This document shows positions 14,121 to 27,665 of a DNA stretch of 64,000 nt, piece after piece (within the stretch, counting starts at the first letter, position 1; each line of letters starts with the position of its first letter). Position numbers and translations under genes: made by a program. The DNA comes from Lytechinus pictus (taxonomy: Eukaryota). The notes beneath the pieces are model-generated. The model was not told the origin of the DNA. It searched no databases and saw only the letters and a program-made list of their open reading frames with translations. Location: the NCBI RefSeq assembly GCF_037042905.1, contig NC_087255.1:14074001-14138000 (forward strand), written 5' to 3'.

Positions 14121-14366
14121 CACTAGCGTACCTACGGGGACATTCTGCCCCCCCCCCCCTGACGACCCACCTACAAAGGACGTATCCCTGCCCCCCCCCC
14201 CCCTGACGAGCTTGAAGCCCCCCCCCCCCTTTTTTTTTTGCTTGTCAATTTTTTTCTGGTACGATATCTTTTTTTTGTGATTGAAGACCTTTTTTTTTGC
14301 TTGTCAAATTTTTTGGCGGACGGCTTTGCCCCCCCCCCCTTGTGGAAAATCCTAGGTACGCCACTG
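14121..14366. mobile_element. hAT-type MITE, same family as 8571-8837
   Basis: CACTAGCGTACCTACG...CCTAGGTACGCCACTG; TSD not preserved. Confidence 0.7.
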
Positions 14367-16261
14367 ATAAGAAGGTAAAATCTGCGCACATCGATCACTG
14401 AATGTATGAATAGAGATCTGAGAAGTGAGACAGATATTCATAACAGTATAACATTTGGTGACCCATAATATGGCATCAGTGCCCCCCCCCCCCATTGCCA
14501 GTTATAAAGAGAAAGGGGGAAATTGAAATATGGAGAAAAATATGACGATCGAGGCCCTAATTATCGACGTTACACCCAACCCAAATTTCTTTTTTTTTGG
14601 CAGGCCTAGTTAGTTTATTTAGTGATTTACCATGTGAAATGACCTACATCCAGTTATGGAAAAATATACTTTCAAACTGAATGTCATTATTTACAGAACT
14701 TTATCCAATAATTAATTACAAGTTCATTACTATTTCCATAGGATTGCCAGTTTTCCAAAATTTGACACTGGCATGCTGAGGTTTAGTTAGAGATTATCTC
14801 TGGGCAGGAGATGAGTTCTTGTCCATAGGTCCATGCCCTGACAGAACACGAGAAAAGAGCACATGCATGGAACAACACATAAAAACCAGTTGACTGAACT
14901 ATGTCCATGGGCCATGCATGTGCATGGTGCAGGGCAAATGTGTTTTTGACCTCCTTAGTCCTTACGTAACCTCAAGGAGCTTCCAGCTCCTTGGTAACCT
15001 GCAGTGATTCTTCAACACAAATACACACATCCCTGCCTCGCACACACACACACACACACACGTATCCAGGCCTACTGTACTACCAACACACACTGCCAAG
15101 GCGCATACTGTACTAGTCTATAAATTCAGACACAGTTTACCCAAAGACGGTTAATATATCATTTTAGTGAGAAATCAGTGCATTTCCAAAACATAAACAT
15201 GATGCATAATCTTGGAATTTCCTTTGTAAGGGTTTCTTTCTGTTGGTTTTATTTCCCTTTTTTCTCTTGGTTCATCAGTATCATAGAATAAAACGTTTTT
15301 ATGAATCGATCTGAAACAATTATGAGCTGAGACTAAAACGCGGATAGTCAGAGAAGAACCCAAAAGAAGTTTTTTTTCTTCCAATTCTGTGCTAGTTGTA
15401 TTCATTCTGAATTGAGTTTTATGAATTGTTCCCGTGTTATCTCGGCAGTGAGAGAGCATATTTATGTGCAACAGCGTATCACATCGTGGTCCACTTCTTT
15501 TTTTTTTTTTTTGAAATGGGGACGATCGGGTTTGTTTATCGAATGCAAGCCCCAGCCAAGGCAAGAGCATGCAAGCTGCAAGGAAGGTAGGAAAAACAGA
15601 GTGGTGTTGCATGTTGTGCATAGCGCATGTGAGGAACGTATATACTGATTCTAATAGTAATATCGATATGCGATCGATGCTTTTTAGATCTAAAGTCTGC
15701 TCTGCCGTTCATTGTAATGTGATGCAAGAAAATCAGGAAAACGCAATGTATCAACGAGCTTTATAAAACTGACTGACAACTCAATTGTGTAGCGGACTAC
15801 ATTATCGTTCTCGCGTAGCACACGCACGGCAGCAGCGGTGATGCGCACTGTGGTGTCTGTGCGTTTCAATTCTCGGGTATCCCGGTAGAATTGATTCACT
15901 CATAAAAGAGCATAATTTATCATGAAAAACACCATTTCATTTCATATCATTTACATCATGACTGTTTAAGGGCATACCCATTCATATTATATACAAATTA
16001 GTTAGAATGGTGACAGGCCGATTTCGAGGAATTTACCAAAACTATCCACCCTCTTTAACAGGTTATATGTCTTACTCTGCACCATCTTAGATTATCCAGC
16101 GACGTATCTGCCATCAGGTGAATCACATTCAATCTACATACCACACAAAAGTAATGGAATGTTGTAACACTGTATCACAGTGTTGTGATTGTATGTTCTT
16201 TATGGTAGATTAGGTCAAACATCTTATCCATAACCTTCCTTTCTCTCGATTTTATTAATAG

Positions 16262-16600
16262 ATTACACTGCGACGTACCTGCAATCAGGTGAATCTTATT
16301 CAATCGACATACCACGCAACTACACTAGACGATTTTACCACGCAACCGTGCTACAATCAAATGATACGAATGGATTTCGAATCGTGTTTCAAGATTTGTT
16401 TATCAGATATACCAATCAAATCCAAATTGGGACAGGTACTGATCCATCTGATCCACAGTCTGTCATCACAACTCTTTATGGTACTAGAAGCTCTTCTGAT
16501 GATGTCTATGTGGAGACCAATAAAATGTGGATTGCTGTCATAGGTCTGACTTTCACCAATCTTGAGATTGATGCGGACATCATTGCTTTCGACCTTTCAA
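16262..16600 (+). CDS. Exon A5: CUB-like domain
   Basis: TAG/GTGAGT; 339 nt. Confidence 0.88.
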
Positions 16601-16857
16601 GTGAGTATGATATTGAGTTCTTTATCAGGTTTAAAATAACTAAGACTTGCCACTTCTTTATAAGATTAATGAGAATAAAACCTTTTCCACGGTAGTATGA
16701 GGGGTATGAGTAATGTATCTAACAAAAAACAACAGAAACACGGGTAGATTGAGGGTAAAAGTTATAATCAGAAAATGCCATTAAATCATGCATTGTTATA
16801 AATTTTTGCTCAATGACCGTACGATTTTTCCCTTCCCTTCTTTCTCCTCCATATCAG

Positions 16858-16956
16858 CTCTGTTTAGCTGCCCAGTGAGCAATATGAACGTGTCATCAGA
16901 TGTTCTATGTGATGGAGTGTACCATTGCGATCATTATGAAGATGAATCGGCATGCA
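16858..16956 (+). CDS. Exon B5: LDLa module
   Basis: CAG/GTAAGT; 99 nt. Confidence 0.9.
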
Positions 16957-17743
16957 GTAAGTGAGATATAGAGTCATTCCTGTCTCTTGTTTATTTTCTT
17001 TATTTTAGTATGATGTCTATTAAAAAAATAACACTGATGAAATTCGGTTAAGTGATATATAGTTGTCATCCGAAGTAACAATCTGAACGACCGCGATTTT
17101 TCGGTTGCAATCTTACAGAACCATCATCTAGTAATGTAGAGCTTGATGCATATTGTGTGCGAGTGCAACTTATGACCGTCGATCTTGCTGCTTTCACCCA
17201 GTCATTCCAGTTGTGCAAAATATAGGTTATCATCGTAACTGGTAAAGGCATATAAATAAGAGAGACATATACACTATAGTAATAAGGCATGCACTGCCAC
17301 GTGTACCGAAAGCACTGAGTGATTGGATAACAGAGATAAGTGTCATTTCACAAGTTGCAAGAACATTTAATTTGTTCATGTGTTGACTCTAGACCAGGCC
17401 CTGGTCTTACAAATATTTGTGAAACATTTAAATCAAACTGAAATTGCGTTTGGTAAAAAAATATTCCTTATAAATCAATAATTTCAATATGTAATTAATG
17501 CGATTTACTCTCCTTGTAAGTGCTGCGCTAACAGGTAAAAATTGCGTTTGATAAAAAGAAATTGCTTATAAATCAATAATTGCAATATGTAATTGATATG
17601 ATTCACTCACCGCTCACGCTCACGGCTAAGCCGTAATGAAAAAATGGTGTGGTCAATTGACCACTTTCTAAACATATAAATAAGCAGCAATGTGAGTCGC
17701 AACTAGTCTTTGACAGGTTATTCTATATTTCTCCTCGTCTTAG

Positions 17744-18088
17744 ATTATTCAACGACGTATCTGCAAGCAGGAGAGTCACATTCAATCGACATATCACGCA
17801 ACTACACCAGACGATTTTACCACACAACCTTGCTACAAACAAATGATACGAATGGATTTCGAATCGTGTTCAAAGATTCATATCTGTATTCTAGTAATCA
17901 AATCCAAATAGGGAAAGGTACCGATCCGTCTGATCAACAATCTGTCATCACAACCATCAATGGATACAGATACTGCTGCCCTGTTGATGTATATGAAGAG
18001 GCCAATGAGTTGTGGATGTCTGTCATTGGAGGACTGACTTACACCAATATCTTTATTGACGTTAATATCATTGCTATTGACCTGAGAA
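17744..18088 (+). CDS. Exon A6: CUB-like domain
   Basis: TAG/GTAAAT; 345 nt. Confidence 0.87.
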
Positions 18089-18360
18089 GTAAATATAAGA
18101 TTTTATATATACTGGTTTAGAAAATGCCGTCGAGATAAAATCATAGATTTTAAAAGGAGCATAGCTCTCATAATGAAAGGTAAAGTCACACTCTTCGTCA
18201 GTGCCCATGGTGTGACAAAAAAAAATAGAAATCAAAATCCGTTATACATATATATATATATCTATCTATCTTTCTATATATATATATATAAGTGTATATG
18301 TATAAATATTTTGCATTATTCATTGCTATTGATCATGACTTATTCTTGAACAATATATGA

Positions 18361-21300
18361 TTTTGAAAAGAAAACAAGTGTACAAATAATTTGCCATTGC
18401 TTGCCATTTAATTCCATACGAGGCATCAAAACACATGATAGGCGATATGCCTAAATAACATAAAAGGTAATGAACATCAACACAATCTGAATAATGTCGT
18501 GAGACATAACAAAAGACTACATATGCATTAGAACTGTGGCATACTGAAAGATATGGTCACGTGAACACCAGGAGGGTAGTAACTCCTCCATGGGGCTGTT
18601 GATCACGTGACCCACCCGCAGGATAGTAGTTCCCACAGGTATTTCCCCTAAATATTGGTAATCAACATCTTTGGAGCATATACTTTGATATTAATATTGG
18701 TGATCTGTCAGGTTTCAAACAATTTGTTTCTTTTTTTTTTGCCCCTTTGTATGTTAAAGGAATTTGAGGCATACATCAGTTTGTCATGTTTGCAAATAAA
18801 GCTGCCCAATATATTGGCATGGAGCTGCTTATTCCTAGCTCCCCGTATCCAAACATAAATTCACAGGAGTGCCCTATGCATGAATGCAAACGGCTTGTAA
18901 GAGAACAATCCATCTAAGTTAACATAAACAAATTCCACCTGATACAATAATCTCAGGATTAAATACATGTAGTAAATTTGGAGGAACTGAACAAAATAGC
19001 TTGGAAAAGGCTTAACACACTATTCACAATCATCTTCATGCAGCCTTTAGGAGCAAAATTATTCCAAGAAAATCAGTATCCTCTCAAAAGGTATGTCCAA
19101 AAATAGTGTATTTTGTTCTCCTGTCTTAGTAGAAGTCCACTTTTTTTTCCTGTTTAAATTATGCATGTCACCACAGGGACAGCCGCGCCTTGCGACTTCT
19201 GATTCTGTTTTTTTTTTCTTTTTTTTTCATTTCACTGGTCATATCCAGTGGTTAGTGGACATTTGGGCTAAGACATATTTGCTTGATTTATCCTAGAATA
19301 GATAGGGTGGTAATCACCCTAGGGGCATCCCCAATAACATGGAAAGTGGGGGAATCGGCGGACAAATGTCCGCCGCAATGGGAGGACACGTGGCACTGGG
19401 GCACGGAGGAGATAAGGGCAAAAACCAATAGGACGCAATGGCAGTGCCTCCTCACTTGGAGGGGTTATGCTGGAGAAATTCCCTTATCATGCTTATGGCC
19501 CACCTGTGTTATGGTAGGTGCGACCGAGACTTGCTCCACCACCGAACCACAGACCACTGACCTACCCGGTGAATAATTGGATTCATTATATTGCACTTGT
19601 GTATTTTGCAAATGATCTCTATCCTGAACCATGTTACATGTATACCAATGCTATGTCCACATTCGAGGCCTTACAGAGATCCAAATTATGATATCTGACC
19701 TTTATTCAAACAAATAAATGCCATCTCTTGCGAGAGTTATGGTTGGTTCTGTGGATGGCAAGTTGGGTTATAGAACAGCCATTTTATTGAAATGGGTACC
19801 TCAAGGAATGTCACATGAAAGGCCATGTCGGACGTTTCATCCGACAAAATCCTGTTTATCTAATTGTAGTCAAAGTAAATGAGGTTTCTTTTAGCTAAGC
19901 TTACTCAAGAATAGTTGTTAAATTGGACCACATTTGGACCGCACTGTTGATGGGACACTCCCCAAAACCACCAATTCCGAATTTTATCAATCAATAAAAA
20001 ATGTGACATTTCGGCTAAAGATACAAATTCAAATTGGATGATTCTCCATTACCGTCCCGACCCATGGCTAATGGGTCCAATTCTCAGAGGATCAGACTAG
20101 CCCCCAAATTATATTAGTGCTTAACTATGATTTGCCATCTACAACACCATTCTAGTTGTAATTCTTATCATTTAGCCATCCTTCCCCCTCAATTCGATTT
20201 CTGGGTAGCTCTCTTCATAAAGACAGACACCCTATAGTATCAAGATGTGAGCCATGCTCTGATCTCCTGGGGGGGGGGTCCATTTCATGATGATCTTGAG
20301 TACAGCAGAGAGGCTTTTCTGACCACTGTGTTCAATGAACATGTCAATAATAAAGCCTGAAATATCAGGGTTGAGAGAACATCCACGACTGGTGCTGGCC
20401 TCTTTCTCATACTAGTATGCGGGAACAGTCCATGCAGCTTGTTGTGGGTCTCTGCATGTCCTCAGGTCTGACACCAACATGCCTGTGTCCTTGAGTACCC
20501 TATGGCATGCCCAGCTACCAGCGATCAGCTGCCCTCTCATCTAGTCTCCAAGTAACTCCATCCCCAGCAACAAAGTGCGGTCGTCTTGTAACAGGCCTAT
20601 GGCTGGGGTGGGGTGGGGACATAGACCCCCAAACGTTTACACGACCGCAACAAGAGAGAGAAAAAGACAAAAGGAAATGGTGAATTATGCTAGCATTCAC
20701 TGGGTATTAGCCCAATATATCATCATATTAGATTTTGCGTAAAGAATATGTTCAAATTTCGACTCGCACCCTAGTTGCCCCCTATAGGGATAAATTGCTT
20801 ATAATCATATAATTACATATGAATTGCTAATATCAAATCCCTTAGCAAAGTCAAATAATTGCAGGGGTCCTAAGGGGCACATGAATATATGAATGTGGAA
20901 ATAGTGAAAATTCGGCATAATAAAACCAAAGAAAGAAATAATAATCACAATTGGCCCAGCAAAATGCCATCTCTAATTTCATTTCTACACCACACTACTA
21001 AACCACAAAAATTACATATATATTTGTGTACATATGTACATTATCTGTATCTACAAGCACATATTCATGTGAGCGTATTGTGGCTGCCTGTTGCCTGTTT
21101 AGTTTTAGTTTGTTCTTCTTTTTTTTTGGTACAATATTTTGTATTGCCCATTCACATTGTGTGACATATGCCATCAGTATGTTCCACAACAATCTCAGCG
21201 ATGATAAACATCCCGGTGCACATTACATTACTTAATATGAATCGTAAAACAATTCAGTGTGTGGAACAAAACTGGAAATGTGTATACATGTGTATACAGC

Positions 21301-23975
21301 ACTGTGAAATGACTATGAATTTGATCAATGTTTGTGCAATCAAAACCTGAGCAAAGACCTCTCTTTGCATAAAAAGGGTGGCCGGCTATCGTTATCGCAA
21401 ACAATGCTTCGAGCCAGAGTTATTCTAGTGATTGCGTGATAATGTATAGAAATCTGCACAATGACCAATAAATTCAACCAATCAAATTTATGGAGCTTTA
21501 CTATGTGTGAGCTGTGAACACAGACAATTTTCAAACCTACTGCTCAACTTCATTACATAACACTTTATGAAAGCTCATTTTCGAGATATCCTCTATATCA
21601 TTCCCGACAATTGCAATTGGGAAATTCTTGGTGCAGGAGACAATACCTTTTGTATTGCGTTATTTATTTATTTTTTTATCCTACTCATCCCCCCGCCCCC
21701 GTCTCACAATTCCTTTCAGCCATAATAAGCATCCAAACTCACTGTTGCCAGCTTAATTAAAGTAATGACTCTCTGCGACTACTAGCTGAAAGCACCATTC
21801 GTTCCCTGACTTTGTTAATGATGAAATAGTGTTTGTGAGCAATTTTTGATCTGACATGTACATGAAGTCCAGTAAATACGTATGAGGACGTGTGCGGTGT
21901 GCTCACATGCCCCCAATGGGGAGAGTGACAGGAGTAGTGCCCCTATTACTTTTGTGTCCTATTAAACTTTTTTTTTCTTATTTATTAGTCAATCTAACCG
22001 TAGAAATCTTCTCCTTTTTTTTAATTATCATATATTCATCATTATTTCTAAAACTCCAAAGGTCTAGTGGTCATGACTTCCACCCTGCAATCTGAGGATG
22101 TGGCACAATTCAAACCATTGTGTGCCCCTTCTCAGCAGGAAATGCTGAGCTGCACCAAACCCAGGTGAGGCTAATAAAGCACCTGGTAAGAATCTACATG
22201 TATTCATTAATACACAGAGCGCATAACAATCACTCTGCAAAAGCCAGGGTGATTTTGCTACCTTACTACATATCACTTAGACTCCTCATAAGAGGCCCAA
22301 GTCTTAAGCGGTATATAAGCCAATATAATTATTTCATTAATCTGTTTATTTTAGTTTGTCTTATTGTCGATATCATAATGCTATCATCGTAATAATATCA
22401 TTTTCTCACACCTTTGGTGTTTTGCAATGGCCGGGGGGGGGGGGGGGTGGGATAAGATCACCTCTGACACTTGGCCCCATAGATAAAATTAACATCATCA
22501 TTAAATATACTGACTTCCAACTGAATATCCAACTGGTTTTAAAGGTATGGTACCTTTATGCACAAAATGTATGACTTTGACCTATGTATTTGCTAAATGA
22601 CGCTCAGCTTTTGTAGCAGTGACTTAAACTGAAAATCTTATAGAGCGTGTTATCCCTTTGAATTTGATACCAATTTTAGGTCTGGATAGGCCCTTTACAT
22701 GATTGTATTTGAGATATGTTCCTAAAAACTAAAAAACCTCGGCCATTCACTTTTGCCAACGACCAAATAATACATGCGAAAAATAGGCCCAGACCAATAA
22801 AACCCAACTCAGAACCGTGGAAAATATTGAATAACAGGCACTTCATGTGACGGTCTAAAAATACAGCTTTCTTTATCAAAATCCCTATGTAACATGGAAA
22901 TTAACGGGTGCTGAGGGTTTTATCTCTCAAAGGAATTCTAACGTTACGGCCAAGGGATGAATTTCATGAAATCAACCCAAAGTTAGTGAACTAAGTAAAA
23001 AGAATTTCATGTTAATTTAATTATTGGGTTATTTATATCTATTGCGTGGCCGTACGTGTGAGAAAACAAATCATGCAAATGGTTGCCTCCATTCGTATAG
23101 CTAGGGATGCCAGTGGAAATTGATCAGAGTCCTGAAAATCACTTACAATACAATATTTTGTACACAAAAGTAGTATAAGTTAACTACGTCTACGGCCTGA
23201 AAATAAATGACCAGAGCCTGAACTCAGACTTTTGCCCGAAAACTGGCACCCTGTATAGCTTATAAGGGATGAGAAAGAGGTTACAACATCGGGCATAGTA
23301 AACCTGAGGACATTACCTGTTATTTGTGGAAGAAGCCGTGGCGTGGTTGTTTTCCCTACCACGTCACCAGCGGGTTGGAACCAACGGCCTGCGCCTGTAC
23401 CTGTCTCCCCGCTGTGCGGCGGGGGTTAGCGCGTGAAGCCCGTATCAGCTGGTCTAGATCTTGTCCTCCATTTAGGCATACCGCGTTTCCGGCCGGCCGG
23501 CCGAATAGATGCTGTATTTTGCTTCTTTTTGTTTCTTGTTCCGCCTCCAACTAAGCTTAAACTTTCAATCGAGAGGTGTGCTAAGACCTTTGTCCTCTTC
23601 TCTTTCCCGTCTCTATGGCACTTATTGTTGGATAGACGGACAGATTTCTGAATTTCTGAAGCGAAAGCTATAAACTTGTTGCCTCGATGGGATTTCAAAC
23701 TGCAATGGCTTTATACGAGCACATGTCATTATAGAGCCGGGGTAATAGTATGGAGCGCTTAGAATCATTTGTATTAAGCGCGATATGAATGCTGCATATT
23801 ATCATGCAAGTTCCCTGCTGTGATTATTTCACATGATTTGCAACTAGTGATCAGATGCGCGTTCTAACTCAATTTAAACTATTTACATAGTTAAGCATCT
23901 GACTTATTATTCAATAAAGCTAACACTTGTCTCTCTCAAAATTTTACTGATCACTAACAATGATCATTACCATTT
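18361..23975 (-). mobile_element. Decayed tyrosine-recombinase (Ngaro/DIRS-like) element, copy 1
   Basis: 18361-19205 aligns with 30613-31525 and 23670-23975 with 35060-35296; possible SGNH remnant ~19250-19565 (-). Confidence 0.75.
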
Positions 23976-24475
23976 GTACAAAGAAAGAAAAAGGTCACCA
24001 TATACATGTTATCATACATTTTTTTGCAAACAACCATTCAATTACCTACTATTCAAACTACCTATTCAACGACGCAAATCGTCTACTGGGTGTTCGTCCA
24101 CTACACACACAGATATTCTAACAACCATTTTGTACCGTCACCATTTCATACAATCACCATTTCGTCTAATAACCAGTTGGTTCAATGGCCATTTAGTCCA
24201 TATACATTTGGTCTTATTTGACTACGTGTTAATTGGGCGAAATTTATGAAAAAAATGGACATTAGACCAACTAGTTATGGGGCGAAATAGTCATATACGA
24301 ATTGGTGATTAGACGTAGTGACGATTGGACAAAAAAGGTTTTTGAACCAAATGGTTGTTAGACGAAATTTTGATGGACGAAATGGCATTAGGATTAAACC
24401 AAGGTAGACCATGTGATAAGTAAACGAATTGACAGTTTACCCCTTATCATATATGCATTCCTCCCTGTCTTGTAG

Positions 24476-24574
24476 AATCCTTTCATTGTCCAGTCTCGAG
24501 CAGAAATATATCAGTAACCTTGGCATGTGATGGATATTATGACTGCGATAATTTCGAGGATGAATTATATTGTA
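24476..24574 (+). CDS. Exon B6: LDLa module (SFHCPVSSRNISVTLACDGYYDCDNFEDELYC)
   Basis: TAG/GTAAGT; 99 nt. Confidence 0.9.
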
Positions 24575-24865
24575 GTAAGTAATGGGGATCACTTCTTTGG
24601 ATTATCTTCTGGTGTTGATGTTTGGTGTTTCTTTGTCAGCGGGATATTGTTGATAAATTCAATTCAGGTTCTAGAACAAACAATCATGCATTGACTAATT
24701 ATTCTGCCTCACAAAATTGCAAAATCAATGACCTATTCGAGTAATTAATACTTTCTAATTCCCTCTAGTGCAGTGCACTTTTCATATTATTGAATATTTA
24801 TTTTCGAAGACATTATGATTGAATAGTTTAAGCTGGAGATTCCTAGACTGTTGATATATAATATA

Positions 24866-25671
24866 CAGTGCGTCCCACAAAAACGAAATCGAGATCGATG
24901 ATTTATCATAACTTAATCACAAATAAAATATACAAATGACCTACCATTTTAAGGCTTAGAATCTCCTCTTTCATCTGAAATTACATTATTTCTCATTCAG
25001 GTATGAGTGAGCAAAAACAATTTGAAAAAGGGGATTCCAAAAAGTCACTTGGCGGGCCGTATCTGGGTTTTAGAAAGAAAACCACATTTTTTTTTAAAGT
25101 TCAATATCTGCTTTTTAATTTGATACCTCAATTACAGGAAATGGATAAGGAATAAGAAAGTTCTGGTTATTTGAAATAAGGCTTGAATTTCAATAATTTC
25201 ATAAAATGAAGAGGTTTTACAGGCTAGCGTTCAAACTCACTCGACGCTCCGTTTTGTTGACGATCAGCCATGCATTAACTCTTTTGTTACCGTGCGATAG
25301 CTTCTGTGGGAAACTGGTGAAAACACGTTTAATGAAATTATGGAAAAACAAGCATTGTTTCGAGGGATCATGACTTTTTTTACTTCTTGACCATTTTTTG
25401 TGATTAAGGTATCAAAAAAGGAGCAGATATTGAACTTTTTAGTCATGTGACTTTTTATTTGAAATTTAGATATCCCCGGCCAAATGAGTTTTTGGCGTCC
25501 TTTCTTTGATTTTTTTTGCTCACTCATGCGTGAATGAGGAATAATCTAAGTAGTATCTGATGAAAGAAGAGATGCTAAGCTTTACGTTGGTGGTCTTTTT
25601 TCTATTATTTATGATTAAGTTATGATAAATCATCAGTAAATCTCGGTTTCGTTTTTTTCTGGCACGCACTG
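24866..25671. mobile_element. Tc1/mariner-type MITE (806 bp, ~300-bp imperfect TIRs)
   Basis: TA|CAGTGCGTCCC...GCACGCACTG|TA. Confidence 0.88.
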
Positions 25672-26319
25672 TATATATTTTTAGTATCGTAAAAGAAGCG
25701 ACACATTCATGAATTCATAATCCATAATTTACATAAAGTTAAAATGATCATGCAGATGTTGACAATCATTTTTAGATTTATCATTATCATCATTGTTATC
25801 ATTTAAATTACTTTCTCTTATTTTTGCAGTCGCTTATTTGCTTTATTATGATATTTTGTAGATTACTTGTTTTTAGAGCTCATCTCCGTCTCCATTATTG
25901 CTTTGCTTCATTACGGCTTTGTTAATTAGTATTGAGATTAAGTTTATATGGACTTTCCTTTTATACAAGCACTGCTTTTCTTGGAAAGTCAGATAATTTA
26001 TCTTCTATATTTGTTATGAAATGTCATTGAACTGTCTGTATTATTCCTAATATGTACTATTATTTCGATTATATTTTGTTAGCTATGTTGAACAGAAATA
26101 AAGAAATCTAAATCTTTTTCTCACAGCTGTTCGAAAATGATAATTGAGAGATTACGTTGAATTTAATTCTCTTCTCCAAAACCTCATGTGGGAAGATCAA
26201 TAAGATTTAAACATTGATTATCTTTCTATATTTAGTCAAGTCGAGATAGGAGCCATCACAAGATAGGACTGACATTTTTTTTTCTTATTCTCTTTTTTTC
26301 CGAAACAACTACAATTTAG

Positions 26320-26670
26320 ATAACCCAGTTACACACCTCGAGGAAGGCCAATCACATTCTATCAGAACGCCATCTTTCACAAGAGAATTCTACAATACAA
26401 CCTTGTTAAAAGCAAATACTACAAATGGATTTCGAATTGTGTTCCATCGTTTGTATCTCAATTATTATGATGACGAAATCCGAATAGGGACAGGGAACGA
26501 TCCATCTGATATCCAGTCTATTGTAACAACTATCCATGGATATGCATACTACGAGGATGATATGTACATAGATAACCATAAAATGTGGATTGTTGTCATA
26601 GGATCAAAACAGTACAGTCATTCATATCATCTTGATCTGGACATTAGTATTACTGCCATCGATTTATTTA
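26320..26670 (+). CDS. Exon A7: CUB-like domain
   Basis: TAG/GTGAGT; 351 nt. Confidence 0.88.
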
Positions 26671-27037
26671 GTGAGTATTTGAACTTCATTTAATCCCAAT
26701 TTAAATTGTTTTGTTTAAGTTCTTGATAAAATGTAATGAGAATTACATTACATTACACAATGATAATTCTCAATCAACATTGTAATATAGATAACTCATT
26801 ATTGAATTTTTCACACGTTAAAATCATCATATTACATGCGTAGAATTTCACCATTATTACCATATTGCATGGTATTCTGATAATGTCTAAAATAACACAA
26901 ATGTAACATTTCTATCATTATTAAAATAAGGTTTAGCAAACCAATAAAATAATGCATACTTGTAGATTGTGGTTAGCATCAGTTTGATAAGCACCAAGAT
27001 GGCCCGCAATCAGATATTCATTATTCTTCAATTTCAG

Positions 27038-27136
27038 ATTCTTTTCCTTGTACGTCGTCTTACATGAACGTGCCAGTGACGTTGGTTTGTGATGGATATT
27101 ACGACTGCGATAATTATGAAGACGAATCGTTATGCG
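27038..27136 (+). CDS. Exon B7: LDLa module (SFPCTSSYMNVPVTLVCDGYYDCDNYEDESLC)
   Basis: CAG/GTAAGA; 99 nt. Confidence 0.9.
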
Positions 27137-27385
27137 GTAAGAAATACAATAACATTACATTACATTATTATTGAGCTGATATATCAGTCACCAGCGCATA
27201 CACCCTACCTATGGCATCCCCTCTTGTTCTAGCCTACATGTAATCTAGGCGGAGTCTGCAGCTATAAGAAACTGTTCGTAGTTTACCGCACCTTTTGAAC
27301 TCGCATACATGTCTTACGAGAAAAACCAACCGCATCAGTCTTCTTTCTTTCAAAGAATAAACCCCTTTACTCAACCTGCCTAATA

Positions 27386-27665
27386 CACTCTACAAATTCG
27401 AATGTTAAATCAACATTTGAAAGGTTGGAGATGTTGGATTCAGCTTTATACAAGGTTGAATGTAACATTTGGAAAAGGTTGTCACTCCTCCAAGTTGGAG
27501 GAGTGACAACCTTTTCCAAATGTTACATTCAACCTTGTATAAAGCTGAATCCAACATTTTAAGTGTTGGGTAGAACCATTTAAAGTGGTAAATGCAACAT
27601 TTACAAGGTGTTGTCACTCCTCCAACCTTTTAAATGTTTCGTTAACATTTCTGTTTTTTAGAGTG
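27386..27665. mobile_element. CACT...AGTG MITE (TA flanks) containing a perfect 127-bp palindrome
   Basis: TA|CACTCTA...TAGAGTG|TA. Confidence 0.7.

Larger units (their letters stand above)
6968..16054. mobile_element. Kolobok-like DNA transposon insertion (non-autonomous/decayed, with nested MITEs)
   Basis: TTAA at 6964-6967 and 16055-16058; TIRs AGCTCGTGGATAGTGTTGGTAAA / AGAGGGTGGATAGTTTTGGTAAA; paralogous introns show the empty site GAGTCTTTAACAGGTT. Confidence 0.85.
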
